Shown: positions 19,507-25,620 of the stretch, in pieces
Position numbering within the stretch: position 1 is the stretch's first letter
Layout: each line of letters starts with the position of its first letter
From: an uncultured Rikenellaceae bacterium
Lineage (GTDB): Bacteria > Bacteroidota > Bacteroidia > Bacteroidales > VadinHA17
Assembly (NCBI GenBank): GCA_964553395.1
Contig: CAZKMH010000003.1
Coordinates: forward strand, 1 to 28,960
Direction of reading: 5' to 3'
Length of the DNA: 28,960 nucleotides
Made by a program: the position numbers and the translations under genes
Notes under the pieces: generated by a model
What the model was told of the DNA's origin: nothing
The model's database searches: none
Seen by the model: only the letters and a program-made list of their open reading frames with translations

Positions 19507-20427
19507 ATGATAATTCTTGTTGCAGCAGAAAAACCATTTGCACCGGTAGCCATCACACGGATTCGTGAAGTAGTAAATGCTGCAGGCCATGATCTGGTAT
19601 TGCTTGAAAATTATAAAGATGCATCGGAGTTGCTAAAAGCTGTCGCCGGGGCTGATGCACTGATAGTGCGGAGCGACCTTGTTACCGCCCGGGTCCTCGA
19701 TGCAGCTAAAAAGCTGAGAATAGTGGTCCGTGCCGGAGCAGGCTACGACAATCTTGATCTGGCGGCGTGTACGGCTCACAAGGTTGTGGCTATGAATACA
19801 CCCGGACAAAATTCGAATGCGGTTGCAGAGCTTGCATTCGAAATGATGCTTTACATTGCCCGGGGCGGATTCACCGGAAAATCGGGTACTGAGCTCAGAG
19901 GTAAAACGATCGGACTGCATGCTTTCGGAAATGTCGGAAAATACATGGCTGAAATAGCCAAAGGATTCGGAATGGATATTTACGCCTTCGATCCGTTCGT
20001 GAGTGAGCAGGAAATGAAAAATGCCGGTGTGAAAATCTGCAAAAATACAGAGGAACTTTATTCAAAATGCCAGTATGTTTCCCTGCATATGCCTGCCAAC
20101 GACAATACCAAAAAATCGATCGGCTATGAACTTTTGAAAAAAATGCCGGTAAATGCTGTACTGGTCAATACTGCACGAAAAGAAGTTATTGATGAGGAAG
20201 GCCTTCTGAAGATATTCGCAGAAAGACCCGATTTCAAATATGTTTCAGATGTTGAACCGGTTTCCAAAGCTCAGTTTGAGGAGAAATACAAAGGCAGATT
20301 CCTTTTTACCATGAAGAAAATGGGAGCCCAGACCGCGGAAGCCAATATAAATGCAGGTGTCGCAGCCGCAAAACAGATAGTCGATTTCTTTAAAACCGGC
20401 AACGAAAAATTCAGGTTAAATAAGTAG
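19507..20427 (+). CDS. serA: Short D-3-phosphoglycerate dehydrogenase (no ACT domain, type IIIK-like)
   Basis: VVRAGAGYDNLD, MNTPGQNSNAVAE, Rossmann HAFGNVG, NTARKEVIDE, KKMGAQT in place of PHLGAST; follows serC. Confidence 0.85.
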   Translation: MIILVAAEKPFAPVAITRIREVVNAAGHDLVLLENYKDASELLKAVAGADALIVRSDLVTARVLDAAKKLRIVVRAGAGYDNLDLAACTAHKVVAMNTPGQNSNAVAELAFEMMLYIARGGFTGKSGTELRGKTIGLHAFGNVGKYMAEIAKGFGMDIYAFDPFVSEQEMKNAGVKICKNTEELYSKCQYVSLHMPANDNTKKSIGYELLKKMPVNAVLVNTARKEVIDEEGLLKIFAERPDFKYVSDVEPVSKAQFEEKYKGRFLFTMKKMGAQTAEANINAGVAAAKQIVDFFKTGNEKFRLNK

Positions 20428-20444
20428 AATTAAAAGGGTACTTC

Positions 20445-21695
20445 ATGGCAATTGTTAAACTTTTCAGAGGATTGAGACCTCCCCGTGAAATAGCAAAAGA
20501 TCTGGCCTGCCTGCCCTATGATGTGATGAGTGTTGAAGAGGCATCCGGGATGGCCCTGGGAAAAGAAAATTCACTCCTTCATATAACAAGAGCTGAAATT
20601 GATCTACCTCAAAACATTGACACTCATTCAGAAGAAGTATACAGGAAATCGGTCAGTAATTTCGATCTGTGGCGTAAAAAAGGATGGCTTATTCAGGATG
20701 AAGAGCCTGCCTATTATATCTATGCACAAACCATGGCAGGCCGGACACAATATGGAATTGTCGGCTGTGCTTCGATTGATGATTATATGAACGGACTGAT
20801 TAAGAAACATGAGCTTACCAGACCCGACAAGGAGCAGGACAGAATGGTGCATATCCGTACAAACAATGCCAACATTGAACCGGTCTTCCTTACATACCCT
20901 CCTGTAAAAGACCTGGACGCAATTGTTAAGAAGATTATTGACAAGCAGGAACCCGAGTATGATTTTGTGGCTGAGGACGGATTCGGACATCATTTCTGGG
21001 TAATCCGTGATCGTAAGACTACAGACCTGATTCAAAAACTGTTTGCCGAAAAAGTACCGTACACCTATGTAGCCGACGGACACCATAGAACAGCAGCAGC
21101 TGCTCTTGTGGGAAAGGAGAAACGGGAGAGCAATCCGGATCATAATGGAACTGAAGAGTATAATTATTTCATGGCTGTTCATTTTCCGGCCGATCAGTTG
21201 AGAATTATCGACTATAACAGAACCGTTAAAGACCTTAACGGACTGACAACAAAAGAATTCATAACAAAACTCGAAACAGGTTTCAAGATCAGTGAAAAGG
21301 GATCGAAGATTTACAAGCCGCGCAGGCTTCATAACTTCTCGATGTACCTGGATGGAGTGTGGTACAGCCTGACAGCAAAGAAAGACACTTTTGACGACAA
21401 CGATCCGATAGGCATTCTTGATGTGACGATCCTCACTAACCAGGTGCTGGCACCGATACTTGACATTCAGGACCTCCGCAGATCGAAACGGATTGATTTC
21501 GTTGGCGGGATCCGTGGCCTGGGTGAGCTGAAGAAAAGAGTCGACAGCGGGGATATGAAGGTTGCCTTTGCACTCTATCCGGTATCCATGAAACAACTTA
21601 TTGCAATTGCTGACTCAGGCAATATTATGCCACCAAAAACAACCTGGTTCGAACCTAAACTTCGCAGCGGCCTTGTGATACACCTTCTGGAATAA
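20445..21695 (+). CDS. DUF1015 family protein
   Basis: LPYDV, HELTRPDKE, ADGHHR, C-terminal MPPKTTWFEPKLRSGL; usual third gene of serC-serA-DUF1015. Confidence 0.92.
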   Translation: MAIVKLFRGLRPPREIAKDLACLPYDVMSVEEASGMALGKENSLLHITRAEIDLPQNIDTHSEEVYRKSVSNFDLWRKKGWLIQDEEPAYYIYAQTMAGRTQYGIVGCASIDDYMNGLIKKHELTRPDKEQDRMVHIRTNNANIEPVFLTYPPVKDLDAIVKKIIDKQEPEYDFVAEDGFGHHFWVIRDRKTTDLIQKLFAEKVPYTYVADGHHRTAAAALVGKEKRESNPDHNGTEEYNYFMAVHFPADQLRIIDYNRTVKDLNGLTTKEFITKLETGFKISEKGSKIYKPRRLHNFSMYLDGVWYSLTAKKDTFDDNDPIGILDVTILTNQVLAPILDIQDLRRSKRIDFVGGIRGLGELKKRVDSGDMKVAFALYPVSMKQLIAIADSGNIMPPKTTWFEPKLRSGLVIHLLE

Positions 21696-21706
21696 ATATT
21701 TTGTTT

Positions 21707-21852
21707 CACGTACTCATCCCCCCTGACCCCCTTCTCTGCTGTCGCAAAGAAGGGGGGGTGGAGGAAACATTGTTATTCAATAAGTTCCCCCTCTTTGCGT
21801 AAGCAGAGAGGGGGAAAACCTGAACGAAGTGAAGGAAGGGGGTGAGTACGTG
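21707..21852. mobile_element. 146-bp non-coding palindromic element (REPIN/MITE-like)
   Basis: 15-bp terminal inverted repeats with 1 mismatch (cacgtactcatcccc / gggggtgagtacgtg) enclosing two GC-rich hairpins (21727-21756, 21785-21816) that are near reverse complements of each other. Confidence 0.75.
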
Positions 21853-21866
21853 TAAGCCGTATTTAT

Positions 21867-21874
21867 TATTTTTG
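21867..21874 (+). promoter_or_regulatory. -7 box upstream of yggS
   Basis: TATTTTTG, 18 nt before the ATG at 21893. Confidence 0.5.
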
Positions 21875-21892
21875 TTATACCTGTAAATAACT

Positions 21893-22561
21893 ATGCCGGA
21901 TATCGCCTCCAATATTATCTCCCTGAAACGACAGATCCCGCCATCTGTAAAAATTGTTACAGTATCCAAGACAAGACCGGTAAGCGATATCCTTGAAGCA
22001 TATAATACCGGCCACAAAATTTTTGGGGAGAACCGGGTTCAGGAACTCCTTTCAAAGAAGGACCAATTGCCGGGCGACATTGAATGGCATCTTATCGGAC
22101 ATCTCCAGAGCAACAAGGTAAAATACATAATTCCGTTTATCAGTATGATTGAATCGGTCGATTCCTTCAGGCTTCTGGAGATCATAAATGCTGAAGGAAT
22201 GAAAATCAACAGGGTAGTCGACTGCCTTTTGCAATTCCACATTGCAAGAGAAGAGACAAAATACGGATTCAGCAGGAACGAAGTTATTGAAATGATACAG
22301 TCTGAAGATTATAAGAGACTAAAATCCATAAAGATCTGTGGTGTGATGGGAATGGCCACATTCACCGATAATGAAAAGCAGGTCAGGGAAGAGTTCAGAT
22401 ATCTGGCCGGATGTTTTTTTGAATTAAAAAATAGTTGCTTTTCCGGCGATACATCTTTCAGGGAAATTTCGATGGGAATGTCGGGTGATTATAAGATCGC
22501 CATTGAAGAGGGGAGCACACTTATAAGGATTGGAAGTATTATCTTTGGGGAACGAAACTAG
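21893..22561 (+). CDS. yggS: PLP homeostasis protein (YggS/PLPBP)
   Basis: VSKT PLP lysine, FGENRVQE, WHLIGHLQSNK, SMGMSGDY, IRIGSIIFG. Confidence 0.95.
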   Translation: MPDIASNIISLKRQIPPSVKIVTVSKTRPVSDILEAYNTGHKIFGENRVQELLSKKDQLPGDIEWHLIGHLQSNKVKYIIPFISMIESVDSFRLLEIINAEGMKINRVVDCLLQFHIAREETKYGFSRNEVIEMIQSEDYKRLKSIKICGVMGMATFTDNEKQVREEFRYLAGCFFELKNSCFSGDTSFREISMGMSGDYKIAIEEGSTLIRIGSIIFGERN

Positions 22562-22581
22562 CCGGTTCTAAAACAATAGTA

Positions 22582-23559
22582 ATGGAAAAACTATCTGTAA
22601 AATATCTTGGCTTCGACCTTAGGAGCCCGCTGATCGTCAGCAGCAGCAGGTTGACATCAACTATCGAACATCTGAAGGCAGCTGAGGAAAATGGGGCAGG
22701 GGCGGTAGTCCTGAAATCTCTTTTCGAAGAACAGATAAATCATTATATCAGCGCCATGCCAGCCGCTTACGGGTATCCTGAAGCTGACGATTATCTGGCG
22801 AATTATATGAGATCAAATACGGTAGATGAATATCTTGACCTGATAAGGAAAGCTAAAGAGAGCCTTTCAATTCCTGTAATACCCAGCATAAATTGTTATT
22901 CATCCGGTGGTTGGACAGGATTTGCCAGAAATATCGCCGAAGCCGGAGCAGATGCACTTGAAATAAATGTATTTTTTCTTCCTGTTGACAGGAAGAAATC
23001 TGCAGCTGAATCGGAAAAAATTTACCTCGATCTTATCGAGAAACTAAAGAAAACCATCAGAATACCGCTTTCGGTAAAGATCGGATTCAGATTCTCGAAT
23101 ATCCTTAATCTCATCGACCAGTTTTATTTAAGGGGAGTTGCCGGAGTTGTAATGTTCAACAGGTTTTATGAACCTGATATTGATCTGAATAAGATCAACA
23201 TAATTGCGGCACCTGTCTTCAGTTCAGATATTGAACAGCGTTACGTTTTAAGATGGATCGGTATGGCTAGCGGCCAGGATATCAAAATTGATATTTCTGC
23301 ATCCACCGGGGTTCACAGCGGAAATGATGCCCTGAAGTATCTCCTGGCAGGAGCTGATTCAGTCCAGGTTTGTTCGGTTTTGTATAAGAACGGACTCGGC
23401 TATCTTAAGATCATGAACCGGCAGATTGAGGAGTGGATGGATTCAAAGGGATTCAGGTCGGTAAGTGATTTCAGGGGAAAGCTTAATTACCGGAACTATG
23501 AAAAACCGGTAGCTTATGAAAGAACCCAGTTCATTAAATACTTTTCATCGGAAGATTGA
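22582..23559 (+). CDS. Dihydroorotate dehydrogenase-like flavoprotein
   Basis: YLGFDLRSPLIVSS, GAGAVVLKSLFEEQ, VMFNRFYEPDID, SASTGVHSG, LAGADSVQVCS. The catalytic SCPN loop is absent. Confidence 0.85.
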   Translation: MEKLSVKYLGFDLRSPLIVSSSRLTSTIEHLKAAEENGAGAVVLKSLFEEQINHYISAMPAAYGYPEADDYLANYMRSNTVDEYLDLIRKAKESLSIPVIPSINCYSSGGWTGFARNIAEAGADALEINVFFLPVDRKKSAAESEKIYLDLIEKLKKTIRIPLSVKIGFRFSNILNLIDQFYLRGVAGVVMFNRFYEPDIDLNKINIIAAPVFSSDIEQRYVLRWIGMASGQDIKIDISASTGVHSGNDALKYLLAGADSVQVCSVLYKNGLGYLKIMNRQIEEWMDSKGFRSVSDFRGKLNYRNYEKPVAYERTQFIKYFSSED

Positions 23560-23563
23560 TTTT

Positions 23564-24079
23564 CTATCTTTTAAGGATGGAAATCAGTTCCCGGGTAAGG
23601 CTAACTTTTTCACTGGTATTTGCCTGATCGCTTTCTTCAACCATCTTTATTACTTCATCTTTCGTTTTCCTGGAGCTGTTCTTAACCGATTCTTCAATTA
23701 CAGTCATACACTCAATGGCTGTTGCATAATCTCCCTCAAGAAAAATCTTTGCCATATAGGTTATATAATCGGAGTAATCAAGGCCCGATTGCCAGCACGA
23801 AGATACCAGCATGCAGATTGTACTTGCTTTCAACGGTTTCATAAGTTCTGCCATCACCTCGGGTCTCGCCGAATGGTCCTTTATATCGTTCAGGAACTCC
23901 TCAATTATCCTGAGTCCGGAAACGTCGATAGCATTATTGTAATATGTTACCAGCAACCCTATAGCTCCTTCAAAGGGCTCGTCTTCTCTCAATAATTTAA
24001 TCGCTTCAATGATAAATAAGCTGTTTCCATTTTTGAGAATCTCAGCAAGTTCCCTGAGCTTTTTTTCGGATTTGATCAC
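23564..24079 (-). CDS. Hypothetical alpha-helical (HEAT-like) protein
   Basis: 171-aa ORF with GTG start, amphipathic helical pattern and its own upstream -7 box. Fills the gap between neighbouring genes. Confidence 0.7.
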   Translation of the reverse strand: MIKSEKKLRELAEILKNGNSLFIIEAIKLLREDEPFEGAIGLLVTYYNNAIDVSGLRIIEEFLNDIKDHSARPEVMAELMKPLKASTICMLVSSCWQSGLDYSDYITYMAKIFLEGDYATAIECMTVIEESVKNSSRKTKDEVIKMVEESDQANTSEKVSLTRELISILKR

Positions 24080-24096
24080 CCTTTATAAGTTTTTTT

Positions 24097-24104
24097 CAAA
24101 GTTA
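24097..24104 (-). promoter_or_regulatory. -7 box for the 171-aa hypothetical gene
   Basis: CAAAGTTA on + reads TAACTTTG on -, 17 nt before the GTG. Confidence 0.6.
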
Positions 24105-24198
24105 GAAATAGACTCAATAACATAATACTGTTTTTGCTAAATAAAAATAAAATACTAATTTAGTCGGGAATTACGTGTGATAATTAAAAAATCAGATT

Positions 24199-25110
24199 AT
24201 GAATAAAAGGTTCAGCATTGGGTCACTTTCATTAGCATTAATTCTGGTTATCAGTTTGTTTACAGGTTGTAAGGGCGGCAAAAAAGCACAACAGGACGAT
24301 ATCACTGTAGATATAAAGGATAAGGATGAAATATTGCAGGATATTAAACAGGCTGAAAAAATATTCCAGGCTTTGCCATCTCCTCTCGAATCGGCAATGC
24401 TTATTAAATCGGCAGGGGCCAGGTTCGAAGATAAACTTCTGAATCCTGTTTCAAATGTCAATAATTACGTCACTAATAAAGCAATGGCGATTAACCTGGG
24501 TATTTATACGTGCGACCTGAGCTTTGCCAGTCTTTATGAACAAACCCAGCTGCTGATCGATTATATGAATGCTGCCAAAAAGATGGCTGACGGACTTGGA
24601 ATCCTTAAAGCTATTGAACAATCAGACATTGACAGACTCGAGGAAAATATCAACAACAGCGATGTAATAATGGATATAGTATCGCAGACTTTCATGAATT
24701 CAAACTCATATTTAGAGGATAACGGACAACCGGCAACAGCCGCAATGGTTCTCGTGGGAGGATGGATAGAAGGTCTCTATATTTCCACACAACTTGTTGA
24801 TATGAAAGATTTTAATGGGAACAAACTGGTTGCAAGGATCATTGACCAGAAGCTTTCTATTGACATACTTCTGAACCTTCTTTCGGGTAGTAAAGGTAAT
24901 CCGGCTGTTGATGCACTTATGGTCCAGGTAGGTAAACTAAAAGCTGTTTTTGACAAGATCAGAATAGATACAAGCCCCATAAGCACTGAGTTTGATCAGA
25001 CTTCAAAAACCACAATGCTTAAATCGGAAATTAAAACAGATATGACTCCGGAAGTATTCCTGGAGCTGTCAAAAACAGTTATGGAAATCAGAAATTCATT
25101 TGTAATATAG
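24199..25110 (+). CDS. Uncharacterised helical lipoprotein
   Basis: Basic N-terminus, hydrophobic stretch, lipobox LFTGC, then a mainly helical body (LPSPLE, NLGIYTCDL, GGWIEGLY). Confidence 0.8.
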   Translation: MNKRFSIGSLSLALILVISLFTGCKGGKKAQQDDITVDIKDKDEILQDIKQAEKIFQALPSPLESAMLIKSAGARFEDKLLNPVSNVNNYVTNKAMAINLGIYTCDLSFASLYEQTQLLIDYMNAAKKMADGLGILKAIEQSDIDRLEENINNSDVIMDIVSQTFMNSNSYLEDNGQPATAAMVLVGGWIEGLYISTQLVDMKDFNGNKLVARIIDQKLSIDILLNLLSGSKGNPAVDALMVQVGKLKAVFDKIRIDTSPISTEFDQTSKTTMLKSEIKTDMTPEVFLELSKTVMEIRNSFVI

Positions 25111-25116
25111 TAACCT

Positions 25117-25560
25117 ATGAGACCGGTAAGAACCTTAGTGTTAGTTGCAATCTTTGTTATTGCCCAGAATGGAAATGTGAATGCGCAATGCAAGGCTTTT
25201 GCAAAGAGAGATTGTCTTCCTGAATTAGCCTCCTATACACATGACGGGAATTACCATGCAGCCGTTCTGGTTGAAGGTGAAGAGGCCGAACTTTATAAAA
25301 CATTCTATTCCGACATGGATTACAGGGTGGCAATAGTTGGTGATGAAAAACTGCCAGCCATTGAGTACAGAATCCTCGATGCCAATAAAAATGTCCTCTA
25401 TTCAAATAAGGAAAACAACTTCGCCAAAACATGGGATTTTAAGCTGCAGTCAAGTCAGCAGCTAAAACTGGTGGTCAAAGTCTCATCGTTCAATAAACCC
25501 GGTGAAATGCCGGCAAGCGGATGCGTTGCAATAATGTTCGGATTTCAACTTAAAAAATAG
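25117..25560 (+). CDS. Uncharacterised secreted beta-sandwich protein with three Cys
   Basis: Signal peptide ending VNA-QC, Cys residues in QCKAFAKRDC and SGCV, alternating beta-strand pattern; starts 6 nt after the lipoprotein stop. Confidence 0.78.
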   Translation: MRPVRTLVLVAIFVIAQNGNVNAQCKAFAKRDCLPELASYTHDGNYHAAVLVEGEEAELYKTFYSDMDYRVAIVGDEKLPAIEYRILDANKNVLYSNKENNFAKTWDFKLQSSQQLKLVVKVSSFNKPGEMPASGCVAIMFGFQLKK

Positions 25561-25585
25561 AAAATATCCTGTTAGTCAATAAGGT

Positions 25586-25620
25586 GTAGGGGTGTTGTTT
25601 GCAACACCCTACTTGTTTTT
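25586..25620 (+). terminator. Intrinsic terminator after the lipoprotein operon
   Basis: gtag-gggtgttg / caacaccc-tac stem (one bulge), tttg loop, followed by ttgttttt. Overlaps the uvrA stop codon. Confidence 0.7.

Noticed and set aside
20628-21596. 322-aa minus-strand ORF
   Set aside because: Lies wholly antisense to DUF1015, with no recognisable domain or initiation signal; a shadow frame.
21706-22017. 103-aa minus-strand ORF
   Set aside because: Two thirds... of its length is split between antisense yggS and the palindromic element; its Pro/Gly/Arg-rich end is a by-product of the hairpins.
23516-23995. 159-aa plus-strand ORF
   Set aside because: Antisense to the 171-aa minus-strand gene, which has a promoter box and a more protein-like helical pattern. 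No motif.
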